Source: a virus
Lineage: Duplodnaviria; Caudoviricetes
Direction: 5' to 3' (one strand)
Length of the DNA stretch: 47,868 nt
IMG/VR virus record: IMGVR_UViG_3300032314_000223
Location: 1 to 47,868 of that record
Shown here: positions 28,317 through 37,484 of the stretch, piece by piece
How the letters are laid out: each line of letters opens with the position of its first letter
How positions within the stretch are numbered: the first letter of the stretch is position 1
Program-made: the position numbers and the translations under genes
Notes under the pieces: model-generated
What the model was told of the DNA's origin: nothing
Seen by the model: the letters and a program-made list of their open reading frames with translations, nothing else
The model's database searches: none

Positions 28317-28655
28317 ATGCAATCTTTATATAGCCAATATATAAAAGAACGAGAAGGACTAGAGATTTTAGAAGTAGAGAATGGATTTATAAGTTATCGA
28401 ATCAAAGATAACTGGATATATATCTCTGACATTTTTGTAAATAAAGATCACAGAAGAACAAAATTAGCTACAGAACTAGCTGATAGTATTATAGATAAAG
28501 CAATAAACCAAGGCATTACCAAGTTATATTGTCAGGTAGATTTAAAAGCTTTAAATTGGGAAGATTCTTCTAATTTTATAAAAGCTTATGGATGCATTCC
28601 TTGCAAATATGACAATAAAAATGGTATAATGTATTTTGAAAAAACAATAGGATAA
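28317..28655 (+). CDS. GNAT-family acetyltransferase
   Basis: GFISY...IYISDIFVNKDHRRTKLATEL motif A, ...FIKAYG. Confidence 0.75.
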   Translation: MQSLYSQYIKEREGLEILEVENGFISYRIKDNWIYISDIFVNKDHRRTKLATELADSIIDKAINQGITKLYCQVDLKALNWEDSSNFIKAYGCIPCKYDNKNGIMYFEKTIG

Positions 28656-28660
28656 CTATT

Positions 28661-29575
28661 ATGGGTAAGATTGTAAGCGGAACAACTGATGCGTTAGGTC
28701 TAACAGATACTAAAGGCGCCGAAACATATGCAAAAGATTCTCAAGCTACTTTAGCTAGAGCAGCAGAACTTCTTAAAGATGTTAATCTTCCAGATATTGA
28801 AAAGCAAAGAATTATAATGGATTTGCCTGAAGTAGTTGGATATCTACAAACAGAACAGCTAGGTCCATCTGGAATGGAATCTATTAAAGAAGATCCAAGG
28901 CTTCGCAGTGCTCAAATGAATGCGTTACAAATGCTTCAAGATAGAGGTAGAGAAGGACTTACTGCTGACGATAGATTAGCATTTAGAGAATTACAAGATC
29001 AATCTGCTGGACAAGAACAAGCTAGGCAGAAATCTATTTTATCAGAAATGTCACAAAGAGGAACTCTAGATTCAGGAGCATCATTAGCCGCTCAATTAGC
29101 TTCTTCTCAAGCATCTGCACAACAAGCTCAAGCTCAAGCATCTCAGATGGCTAGAGCAGCAATTGATGCTAAAAGAAATGCATTAGTACAATCAGCACAA
29201 GCTGCAGGACAATTATCTCAACAAGATTATGGAAGACAATCCGATCTTGCTAAATCTAGGGATATTATAAATCAATTCAATACTAGCAATAGACAAAATG
29301 TAAATCAACAAAATTTAGGAACTCAGCAAAGAATTTCTGAAGCTCAATCTGCTGGAAAAAACCAACAAAATCTTTATAATGCAGGATTATATCAACAACA
29401 ATTTCAAAATGAAATGACTAAAGCTGGAGCACAAACTGGAGTTATACAAAATCAAGCAGCTCAATTGGCTCAGCAAGCAGCTCAACAAGGTGCTGCAAAT
29501 CAAGCTATTACTGGAGCACTTATTAATGCCGGAACAACTTACGCAACTGCAGGAATGAAACCTCCCGCAAAATAA
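28661..29575 (+). CDS. DNA pilot/ejection protein
   Basis: Q/A-rich helix, QRG...SG motif, C-terminal G/A-rich hydrophobic tail. Confidence 0.6.
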   Translation: MGKIVSGTTDALGLTDTKGAETYAKDSQATLARAAELLKDVNLPDIEKQRIIMDLPEVVGYLQTEQLGPSGMESIKEDPRLRSAQMNALQMLQDRGREGLTADDRLAFRELQDQSAGQEQARQKSILSEMSQRGTLDSGASLAAQLASSQASAQQAQAQASQMARAAIDAKRNALVQSAQAAGQLSQQDYGRQSDLAKSRDIINQFNTSNRQNVNQQNLGTQQRISEAQSAGKNQQNLYNAGLYQQQFQNEMTKAGAQTGVIQNQAAQLAQQAAQQGAANQAITGALINAGTTYATAGMKPPAK

Positions 29576-29587
29576 TCAGGATTAAAT

Positions 29588-31099
29588 ATGGAAAATAAAT
29601 TAAGTCAGCTTGAATATATGATGCAACAGCTTAAAGGATTAAGTGGAAATAATCCTAGAGAAACGGCACTAGATGATCAAGGTCTTGGTTATATAGGTAG
29701 ACCCGTTGAACAAATTGGCGAACAAGTACCAACTCCTCCAATGGAGCCTTCTTCGGAATTAGAAACTAATCCATATCAAGATATAATTGATGGTACTAAT
29801 AAAAGTACTAGTGAGTATTTTAAAAGAGTTGGAGAAGGAAGTCTTCCTATGCCTGGAGTAGGTTTAGGTATTAATAACGATTTAACTGATATTGAAGGTT
29901 ATAACCAAGCTAAAGATTTAAATACTCCAATAGTAAATGCTCCTGCAGAATTAAAAGATTTAGCAAATAATCCTGATTCTACTCCAGAAGAAACTAGACA
30001 ACAATTAATGGATGAATATAGAAAATTAACAAATCGACAAATTGAAGATTTAAATAATGCTGCAGAAATGGATAGAAAATCTCAATTATACCAATCACTT
30101 GGAGAAAGTTTAGGAAAAGCTTTAACGTATTCTGCCACTGCTGGTGGAAAATATATGTCAGCACCGATTCCATTACAATTCACTAAGATAGATCCTAAAT
30201 ATTTAGAACAAGCTAAATTAGTAAATAATGCTAGAGAAAATGAAATGTTGGCTAGAATTTCTAATCAACAGTTGACAGAAAAACAAAAAATAGAATTACT
30301 TAAGGCAGCAAAAGAAGGAACTTTAACTCCATATCAAAAAGCTCAATTAGCGTTAGATGAAAATAGATTTAAACTATCGGAAGAAAGAGATAAAAGAAGA
30401 GAAGAAAAAGACCAAGGATATAAAAGAGTACAATTATTAACAAATGCTACTAATTTATTATCAAAAGATCCTACATATAAAGATAATGTTGAACAAAATA
30501 AAGCATTAAATGATGTTTATGCTCTTGTTAATCAAGCTCAATCTGGAAATCCTACAGCATTATCACAATTGGGAGCTAAAATGGCTAAAGCTATGGGAGA
30601 AAAAGGAGCATTGACTACTTCGGACGTTACAAGATATATTGAAGCTAAGCCTTGGGGAGAGAAGTTTATGTCGTATGTAACAGCCGGCGGTACTGGGAAA
30701 TTAACTCATGAAGTGGAAAAAGGATTAAAAGATTCTGTCGGAGAATTAGGTAGATTAATAACTGTAGATATAAATAAGACATATAAAAATGTTTTTGGAA
30801 GATTAAAATCAACTTATAAAGATAGTTTTACAGATGACGATATATACGGAGCAATAGGAATTCAACCTGCTGACATTCAAGATGATTTAGAAAATAATTC
30901 CAAACAATCTAATCCTAATTCAACTCCATCTGCTTCTCCAAACCCTGTATCTCCAACTCAAAAACCAGTGATAAATACTAAACCTAAATATACAGAAGCA
31001 CAACAATCTTCTATAGATAAATTTATGAAAATTAATCCTGGAGTATCAGAAACTGAAGCTTTTGAGTATTTAAAGGGACAGGCTAATGGAAGAAAATAA
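29588..31099 (+). CDS. internal virion/ejection protein
   Basis: Disordered P/E-rich N-terminus, LTPYQ motif, helical core. Confidence 0.55.
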   Translation: MENKLSQLEYMMQQLKGLSGNNPRETALDDQGLGYIGRPVEQIGEQVPTPPMEPSSELETNPYQDIIDGTNKSTSEYFKRVGEGSLPMPGVGLGINNDLTDIEGYNQAKDLNTPIVNAPAELKDLANNPDSTPEETRQQLMDEYRKLTNRQIEDLNNAAEMDRKSQLYQSLGESLGKALTYSATAGGKYMSAPIPLQFTKIDPKYLEQAKLVNNARENEMLARISNQQLTEKQKIELLKAAKEGTLTPYQKAQLALDENRFKLSEERDKRREEKDQGYKRVQLLTNATNLLSKDPTYKDNVEQNKALNDVYALVNQAQSGNPTALSQLGAKMAKAMGEKGALTTSDVTRYIEAKPWGEKFMSYVTAGGTGKLTHEVEKGLKDSVGELGRLITVDINKTYKNVFGRLKSTYKDSFTDDDIYGAIGIQPADIQDDLENNSKQSNPNSTPSASPNPVSPTQKPVINTKPKYTEAQQSSIDKFMKINPGVSETEAFEYLKGQANGRK

Positions 31100-33587
31100 A
31101 AAATATAACATGGAAGGTATTGACACTTCCGCTTTTGTTGAAATACCAGAGCCTAAAGAATATAACACGGAAGGTATTGACACTTCTGCATTTATGGAAG
31201 AAAGTCCCCAAAATGAAATTCCTAACGACACAATAGATTTAAATATCACCCCTATCGCAGGAAATTATGTATTACAAAGAGGTGTTGTTCCTGCTGCTAA
31301 AGCTCTAGTAAAAAAGAGCGTAGGAAAAGATGTAGTAGATGTATACGATTACGCTAAAAAAGGTAAGAGTGTTTATGATAAGGCTCTTCCTGAAAATTTT
31401 ACTAAAAAAGTTACAGAAGCAACTGAAAAACTTTCAATAGATTTAGCAAAAATAAGAAAACAATCTGGAGAAGCTATTGACAAACTAAGAAAGAAAGCAA
31501 TAGCTTCTGGAATTAGAATCAAAAGCGATGACATTCTTCCAGATCTTATGTCAGTTGTAGATAATCCAGATCTTCCATTCGAAGCTAAGGAACTAAAATC
31601 GTTATTAGAGACAGATGGTTTTAGTAAAAATGTTAAAGTTGGAGAAAAGTCCTCAATAATTCGTCCAAAGAAATTAACAGAAATTAGCAGTCCCGATGAA
31701 CTTAGAAAAACCCTTCAAGATCAAATGGATGAATACAGTTTTTTAAAGAATAAACAAGGAATTGATACAGTTTCTAGTCCAATATCAGAAGAACAAGGTA
31801 GATTGTTTTCTACAATAGATGACATACCTACAGAAACTCCTGCACCCTCTGCTAAGTTAGGCAGTATTAAAGTTTCTGCTGAAAATGATGTATCAGACAT
31901 AAGTAAAAAATTAGATGAGTACAAAAAACTATCTCTTAATAGAGGAAATACATTACATTTTGGAAAGCCTGAAATTGTTAATGGAAATCTTATTTTTCCA
32001 ACAACAGAGGTATCTGTAAATATACCAAAAACAAGCGGATCTTCTAAAGTTTTTTCAGAGAAAATTCCTTATGGAGCATTTAATCCTATAGAAGTAAAAG
32101 TTGAGCCTGAGATACAAAGAATTATAAATGAAAGCTTATCTCCCGATGATGCTAAAGCATTAATAGATAAATTAAACATTACATCAAAACCGGCTTTGAC
32201 AAGTAAAGAATTAGACTTTAATAGAAAATCCCAAGAAGCTCTTAAAATTTTAAGACAAAGAGAAGATTTAATGATCCCGAATATGGGGAAACAACAAACC
32301 ATCTATGGTGACTTAGGTAAAGATTTTGAAGATATACTTCCTGGAATTACGGATTATAAAACAAAGATTGTAGATAGTGTTAAAAATCCTCCTCTTTCTG
32401 TAAATCCTGATTCTATAATTCCAAATGCTGGACTTGAAGGATCTGGAGTTACTAAAAAATTTACAGTAGCAGATCCGACTGTTAATAAAATGAAAGCTAT
32501 AATATTAGACCAAGCAGAACAAGGGTTAAAAGCAACTGATGTAACTAATAATACGTTAAGAGAGAAAGCAAATGCCTTACAAACATTAATGCAAAATGTT
32601 GATGAATCTGGAAATTTAATTCCAAATGTTTTAGAACCTATTGATGCTCTTAAAGAAGATGCGGAGAGACTTGCTTTACTCAAAAGAGTTGGAGGAGATA
32701 CAGTAGATGCTGGAGAAGCTGCTGCTGATGTTGTTACTAAATCTCGATCACCAAATGCTGCTCTAAGATATGCTGGTAAATTTGGAGATATAGTAGGAAC
32801 ATTTGCTAAAAATAATCCAACTTTAATGAAAGGTGTTAAAGGTCTCGGAAAATCACTAGGGGTTATTGCTCCTGCAATATCCGCAAAAATGTTAAGAGAT
32901 GAAGCTCTTGATGCTGGATTAACCGAAGAAGAAGCTCTAGCATACTCTGCTGCCCTAACTGGAGTAGATACAGCAGCAACTGGAGCCGGTCTGCTTACTA
33001 CAGCTACTGGAGTTGGAGCAATTCCTGGAATAGCAGCATCATTAAGTCCATTAGTTCGAGAAGCTCGTAAAATGTGGAATCCGGAATCAGCTAAAGATAA
33101 ATTAGAATTGTTTAAACAATATAAAGCAAAAGGCGATTCTACAACAGTAGCAATGGCTAAACTTGCTGCAGATCAAGCTGGCGAAACAGCAATGGCAATA
33201 CCTGGAACCATTAGTGACATAGGAAGTGCATTAGTTCCAAGTCAAGAAAAGGCAGATAAATATATTGAATCCAAATCTGCATTTGCTGGATGGGGAAATA
33301 AACCTAAAGTAAATCCAAATGATTCTTTTTTACAAAGAATGGAAAAAACTCAATTGACTCTTCCCGGAATGTCTCCGAATAAGAATTATTCAAATGATAA
33401 GTTAAGTCAAGCATTGCAAGCTATAGAATCTGATCCAAAACCTTGGATGAATAATTTTAAAGAATCTTTACAAAGAGCTTTAAATACTGAAAATAAACAA
33501 GAAAGAGGTAGAGAATTATTTAATCTACAATCACAACCAGCCTTCGGTGCTATGATGAAAAAATTTAACATAGAGGCGGATGAATAA
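31086..33587 (+). CDS. large internal virion/ejection protein
   Basis: 833 aa; duplicated YN.EGIDTSAF.E; G/A-rich membrane-like segment near the C-terminus. Confidence 0.55.
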   Translation: MEENKKYNMEGIDTSAFVEIPEPKEYNTEGIDTSAFMEESPQNEIPNDTIDLNITPIAGNYVLQRGVVPAAKALVKKSVGKDVVDVYDYAKKGKSVYDKALPENFTKKVTEATEKLSIDLAKIRKQSGEAIDKLRKKAIASGIRIKSDDILPDLMSVVDNPDLPFEAKELKSLLETDGFSKNVKVGEKSSIIRPKKLTEISSPDELRKTLQDQMDEYSFLKNKQGIDTVSSPISEEQGRLFSTIDDIPTETPAPSAKLGSIKVSAENDVSDISKKLDEYKKLSLNRGNTLHFGKPEIVNGNLIFPTTEVSVNIPKTSGSSKVFSEKIPYGAFNPIEVKVEPEIQRIINESLSPDDAKALIDKLNITSKPALTSKELDFNRKSQEALKILRQREDLMIPNMGKQQTIYGDLGKDFEDILPGITDYKTKIVDSVKNPPLSVNPDSIIPNAGLEGSGVTKKFTVADPTVNKMKAIILDQAEQGLKATDVTNNTLREKANALQTLMQNVDESGNLIPNVLEPIDALKEDAERLALLKRVGGDTVDAGEAAADVVTKSRSPNAALRYAGKFGDIVGTFAKNNPTLMKGVKGLGKSLGVIAPAISAKMLRDEALDAGLTEEEALAYSAALTGVDTAATGAGLLTTATGVGAIPGIAASLSPLVREARKMWNPESAKDKLELFKQYKAKGDSTTVAMAKLAADQAGETAMAIPGTISDIGSALVPSQEKADKYIESKSAFAGWGNKPKVNPNDSFLQRMEKTQLTLPGMSPNKNYSNDKLSQALQAIESDPKPWMNNFKESLQRALNTENKQERGRELFNLQSQPAFGAMMKKFNIEADE

Positions 33588-34219
33588 TGAGTGGAAAATT
33601 ACAATCCTTATTAGAAAAGTTAGCAGGAATTGACAGTCCAAAAGATCAAAATTTAGGGACTCAAGAAATATCTAATGAACAACTTGCAATTCCTACTGAG
33701 CAACCAGTAAGTAATGAATTATTTAATAGATTAAAATCTTATGAAAATAGTGTAAAGAAAGGATATGATCCTAGTACAGATACATGGATGCCTCATGAAT
33801 CTATTGAAGGTGGAGCTCCCACGCTTGCTTATGGAGACAAATTATTAAAAAATAAATATAGTCCAGAAAGACTTAATGAAATTATGACTAAAGGTATCTC
33901 TTCAGAAGAAGCTGATAATATGTTGCAACAAAATATTAATAAAGCGTCTTCAGATGCTAATAGTATAATGAATGCAAAAGGAATACGTCAATTAGATCCT
34001 GTTCAAAAAGAAGCTCTTACTGAAATGGTATTTCAAATGGGTAAAACTGGAACATTAGGATTTAATAAAATGTTGTCAGCTTTACAGAACAATGACTATG
34101 AAACTGCATATAAAGAAGCATTGGATTCTAAGTGGGCAAAACAAACTCCACAAAGAGCTAATGAAGTAGCTAATAGACTTAGGTTTGGATCAACAAAGCG
34201 ATATCTAGCTAAAAATTAA
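33587..34219 (+). CDS. T4-lysozyme-like muramidase (GH24)
   Basis: TLAYG; ALTEMVFQMG..G..GF.KML.ALQ...Y..A....LDSKWAKQTPQRA. Confidence 0.9.
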   Translation: MSGKLQSLLEKLAGIDSPKDQNLGTQEISNEQLAIPTEQPVSNELFNRLKSYENSVKKGYDPSTDTWMPHESIEGGAPTLAYGDKLLKNKYSPERLNEIMTKGISSEEADNMLQQNINKASSDANSIMNAKGIRQLDPVQKEALTEMVFQMGKTGTLGFNKMLSALQNNDYETAYKEALDSKWAKQTPQRANEVANRLRFGSTKRYLAKN

Positions 34220-34240
34220 AACCGAAAAGGGAATTAAGTC

Positions 34241-34516
34241 ATGGATGAGAGATTTGATAAATTAGAAAATAAGCTGGATAAACTTGATGATAGACTTGAT
34301 AGTATCGGTCTTATTCTTGAGAAAAATACCGCCTCATTAGAATATCACATAAAGCGCACAGATATATTAGAAACATCTTTAGCAGATTTTAAAGACGATC
34401 TTAAGCCAGTTGAAAAACATGTAGCTTATATGCAAGGTGCTGCTAAATTTATTGCTATTCTATCATTATGTGTTGGATTGATTATTGGGATAGTAAATCT
34501 GTCTAAATTATTCTAA
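34241..34516 (+). CDS. holin-like / XhlA-like coiled-coil membrane protein
   Basis: Heptad coiled coil plus one C-terminal transmembrane helix; follows the lysozyme. Confidence 0.5.
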   Translation: MDERFDKLENKLDKLDDRLDSIGLILEKNTASLEYHIKRTDILETSLADFKDDLKPVEKHVAYMQGAAKFIAILSLCVGLIIGIVNLSKLF

Positions 34517-34975
34517 CTATTCTTTATCTTCTTTCTTATACAATTCTCTATCGTGTATGAGCATGAGTTCTAAATCGTGCTCTCCAAGTTCTTTTATTAG
34601 TTTACGATCACTTATATCAAAGTGGTATCCTGTAAGCTTTCCTGTCTTTTTAGCCTGATTATACAAACATCGATTTCTAGAGTTATTTTCGTTATATATA
34701 GCCTTCCATTCTTCATCTTCAGTATATAAGCTAGCATTTCTTTTATCAGCGTTTAACCACTCTTTATAGAACTGTGCTAACCAATCTTTTTCTTCACTGG
34801 TTAACGGTCTCATGACTTGTCTACCAGAAGCATCTTTAACACCTCTAGTATATCCAGTATCCATATAATCTTGTCTAGATTTTAGATTCATGTTCTTTTT
34901 TAGCTCGGGCCTTTTGACGTTTTGCCTTTTTTGCTTTGACTGTGGCGGCTTGGCTGATTTTGTATGCTTGGTCAT
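34517..34975 (-). CDS. hypothetical basic protein
   Basis: 152-aa ORF with protein-like composition; last gene of the - block. Confidence 0.65.
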   Translation of the reverse strand: MTKHTKSAKPPQSKQKRQNVKRPELKKNMNLKSRQDYMDTGYTRGVKDASGRQVMRPLTSEEKDWLAQFYKEWLNADKRNASLYTEDEEWKAIYNENNSRNRCLYNQAKKTGKLTGYHFDISDRKLIKELGEHDLELMLIHDRELYKKEDKE

Positions 34976-35324
34976 AATATTTTGCCTCTAATTTGCCTTC
35001 TCTAGATAAATCAAAAGAAGAAGGATCTAATAAGTAATATCTTTGTTTTCCAACTCGAGCCCTAGGAAACATCTTTGAGAGTATTTTAAAGAATCCAATC
35101 TTTCCTAATAAGTTCCTTGGATCTACTGAATATTTAGTTCTGTAGTAATAAAAAATTATATAGTTATGAATTCTTTTAGGACCTGCAGTTATATTAAATT
35201 CTCTAACAAATTTAGTAACAGTCCACTCTTTAGTAGCTTTCTTTTTTTGAGCAGGAGAAGATTTAGCCTCCTCCTGCGATTTATCAAGGAGATCTAACAG
35301 TTCTTTAAGAGAAGCATTAGACAT
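34875..35324 (-). CDS. putative winged-helix DNA-binding protein
   Basis: SD GAGG; F..EF.I..G....IF..Y......LGK..F...L...F...R......YY pattern like D5/P4-primase C-terminal (RFX-type) wHTH. Confidence 0.5.
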   Translation of the reverse strand: MSNASLKELLDLLDKSQEEAKSSPAQKKKATKEWTVTKFVREFNITAGPKRIHNYIIFYYYRTKYSVDPRNLLGKIGFFKILSKMFPRARVGKQRYYLLDPSSFDLSREGKLEAKYYDQAYKISQAATVKAKKAKRQKARAKKEHESKI

Positions 35325-35332
35325 AAATACCT

Positions 35333-36100
35333 CTATAGTCTTTGATAGATAAACGGAACAATGTTACTAAAGTAAGCTTTTACTCTAGAGAAAGCTTTAT
35401 CACTGCCAGATTTTAATCCGATCGGAGCAGTAATTAATGGACATTTAGAGAACTCTACTTCCATTGATCCAAATAAAGTTTGCATACTCTGTACTTCAGT
35501 TTTACTAGCTAATTCTTTAGAACAACTAACTTCAGCAAGTTCATCAGCATTATGACTTTCAAGAGCTTTTGGACTATTTAACCAAAGTTCATTAACAATA
35601 GATGCTTGATATGCAGCTAGAGATTGATTCAATCGTTTAGCAACAATTGCATCCATTATATTAGTCATTTCAGTAAAAAAAGCAACTCTACTATTCAACT
35701 CTCCATTAATTTGTCCACCAATTCCAGAGATAGCACCTCTATGACTCATAAGAATTCCAGAAGGAGTAATATACCTTGTTCCTAAACTTTGAGCAATGTG
35801 GTATCCCATAGATGCTGCAAATAATGTAATGGTGTTTACTTTTACAGGAAGAGAAGCAATCAAATCAATAAATGAATTTCCAGCAATAACACTACCGCCT
35901 GGAGTATAAAGAACTAAGTATAATTCTTCACCTTTCGCAAGAGCAGCCGCTTTCTTCAAAACTTCTACAGACTTAACTGCAACAAATTCTGATGTAATTG
36001 GTTGATTGATGCTAATACTATTAGCTTCGGTTAGTACAATTTTTTTAGCATGTGATACAGAAACCGATAAACACATGACTAAGATTAATAAAAACTTCAT
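35333..36100 (-). CDS. ClpP-like (S14) serine protease with N-terminal signal peptide
   Basis: LYTPGGSV.AG, AASMG (Ser), LMSH (His), ELWL..KAL...ADE; MKFLLILVMCLSVSVSHA leader; SD AAGGAG. Confidence 0.85.
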   Translation of the reverse strand: MKFLLILVMCLSVSVSHAKKIVLTEANSISINQPITSEFVAVKSVEVLKKAAALAKGEELYLVLYTPGGSVIAGNSFIDLIASLPVKVNTITLFAASMGYHIAQSLGTRYITPSGILMSHRGAISGIGGQINGELNSRVAFFTEMTNIMDAIVAKRLNQSLAAYQASIVNELWLNSPKALESHNADELAEVSCSKELASKTEVQSMQTLFGSMEVEFSKCPLITAPIGLKSGSDKAFSRVKAYFSNIVPFIYQRL

Positions 36101-36133
36101 AATACTCCTTTAAACGCGTAAGGCGTTAATAGT

Positions 36134-36162
36134 ATATTATACGATGTTTATTATTTAGTCAA
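36134..36162 (-). promoter_or_regulatory. sigma70-type promoter for the ClpP-like operon
   Basis: TTGACT-17 nt-TAATAT, with an overlapping TATAAT at 15-nt spacing. Confidence 0.55.
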
Positions 36163-36575
36163 ATGTCTAAGGTTTGTTTATTGAGGCGTCGAAGCTCTGT
36201 ACGCTGTTCTTGCTCTTTTTTTGTCTTAATATCGTGACAATTTTCACATAATAATTGAAGATTATCTATGTCACAAAAAAGGTTATCAACAAATTCATTC
36301 CAGTCCCATTTCCATCCAGACTCTATAGGGATAACAGAGTTCTTATGATCGACTTGAACTTTAATCATTTGCACAGAATTGCCAGGATACTTAATAACGT
36401 ATTCATTAAAGGTTTTAACACTCTTTCCATCATAGCAATACGATTGACAGCACTCACATTTAAACAGAGCTTTATCGATCTTCTGGAGACGTTTAGCTTC
36501 ATTTCTAGCAGGATGAGTATATGTTAATCTTCTAAGGGAAGCAATAATCTTCCCTTTAGTTTTTTTATCAATCAT
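36159..36575 (-). CDS. HNH endonuclease with Zn finger
   Basis: CECC...VQVDH...NLQLLCENCHDIKT. Confidence 0.85.
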   Translation of the reverse strand: MIDKKTKGKIIASLRRLTYTHPARNEAKRLQKIDKALFKCECCQSYCYDGKSVKTFNEYVIKYPGNSVQMIKVQVDHKNSVIPIESGWKWDWNEFVDNLFCDIDNLQLLCENCHDIKTKKEQEQRTELRRLNKQTLDI

Positions 36576-36577
36576 GT

Positions 36578-37027
36578 TTAAACATTCTCCAACAAAATTA
36601 AATCAAAAGGTTCAAATCCTCTAAGTTCTAGAAATTTATTATAAAAACATATATATGCATCTTTTTTATTGTCAAATACTCCTAAATTTATTTCTTTTTT
36701 ATAATAACATATTCTTGCTTGATATTTACTATTAGATTTTCTTATTCCTCTGAGTGTTTTACATTTAGGACCCGTAATGTATTCGTTTCCTAAATTCTTT
36801 TTTTGTATATTTTTTTTTAATTCTATAATTTGAATATTATCTATGCAATAATTTTTTAAACTATCAATTCTATCAATTGACGGGGTTTTTAATGTTAAAA
36901 TATAATCACGTTGATTTAAGCACCAATTTTTATATTCTTCTCTAGTAAATTCAATTGTTATATTTTTATAGCATTTATTTTTATTAGCAGTTTGTAAATG
37001 TTTATATTTTCCACATCTAATATTCAT
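36578..37027 (-). CDS. HNH-like homing endonuclease with AP2 domain
   Basis: PSIDRIDS..NY..DNIQ; RGI....KYQARI......LG.F....A. Confidence 0.8.
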   Translation of the reverse strand: MNIRCGKYKHLQTANKNKCYKNITIEFTREEYKNWCLNQRDYILTLKTPSIDRIDSLKNYCIDNIQIIELKKNIQKKNLGNEYITGPKCKTLRGIRKSNSKYQARICYYKKEINLGVFDNKKDAYICFYNKFLELRGFEPFDLILLENV

Positions 37028-37067
37028 ATTAGTCCAAGATCTTTTAATAAATAATGAAATTAAATTT

Positions 37068-37484
37068 TTAGTTACCAGATGACCCCCATCCTGTATTACC
37101 TCGAGATGTTGTTGATAAATCTGATGATAATGTAAAAGTTAATTTTGGATAAGGTAATATCATTAACTGAGCAATTTTATCACCAACCTTATATTTAAGA
37201 CCTGGAGATACGTTATAGAATCTAACTTTTAACTCACCTCTATAACCAGAGTCTATAGTTCCTAATGAATTACAAAATGATAAGCCAGTATTCGATATGC
37301 TAGATCTAGGTAGTAGTAGTCCTACATATCCTTCAGGTATTTCAATAGCAAGCCCAGTTCCCATTTCAACATAACCATCGGTATAAGTTAGTGATGTAGC
37401 AATTAGATCAACAGCAGCATCGCCTTCTTTAGCGTATTGAGGGATCTTAGCGGCTTCGTTTAGTACTTTTATTAGGATATTCAT
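37068..37484 (-). CDS. dut: trimeric dUTPase
   Basis: AAVDL, PRSS, GTIDSGYRGE, GDKIAQ, RG..GWGSSG motifs. Confidence 0.95.
   Translation of the reverse strand: MNILIKVLNEAAKIPQYAKEGDAAVDLIATSLTYTDGYVEMGTGLAIEIPEGYVGLLLPRSSISNTGLSFCNSLGTIDSGYRGELKVRFYNVSPGLKYKVGDKIAQLMILPYPKLTFTLSSDLSTTSRGNTGWGSSGN

Noticed and set aside
1196-32683. Short - strand ORFs inside structural genes (e.g. 1412..1690, 7959..8450, 14672..15085, 15648..15950, 32354..32683)
   Set aside because: Antisense shadows of biased-codon genes, with no SD or recognisable motifs
35333-36100. Ordinary prohead maturation protease
   Set aside because: Opposite strand and far from the capsid genes, has a signal peptide, and a separate scaffold gene suggests P22/T7-like assembly
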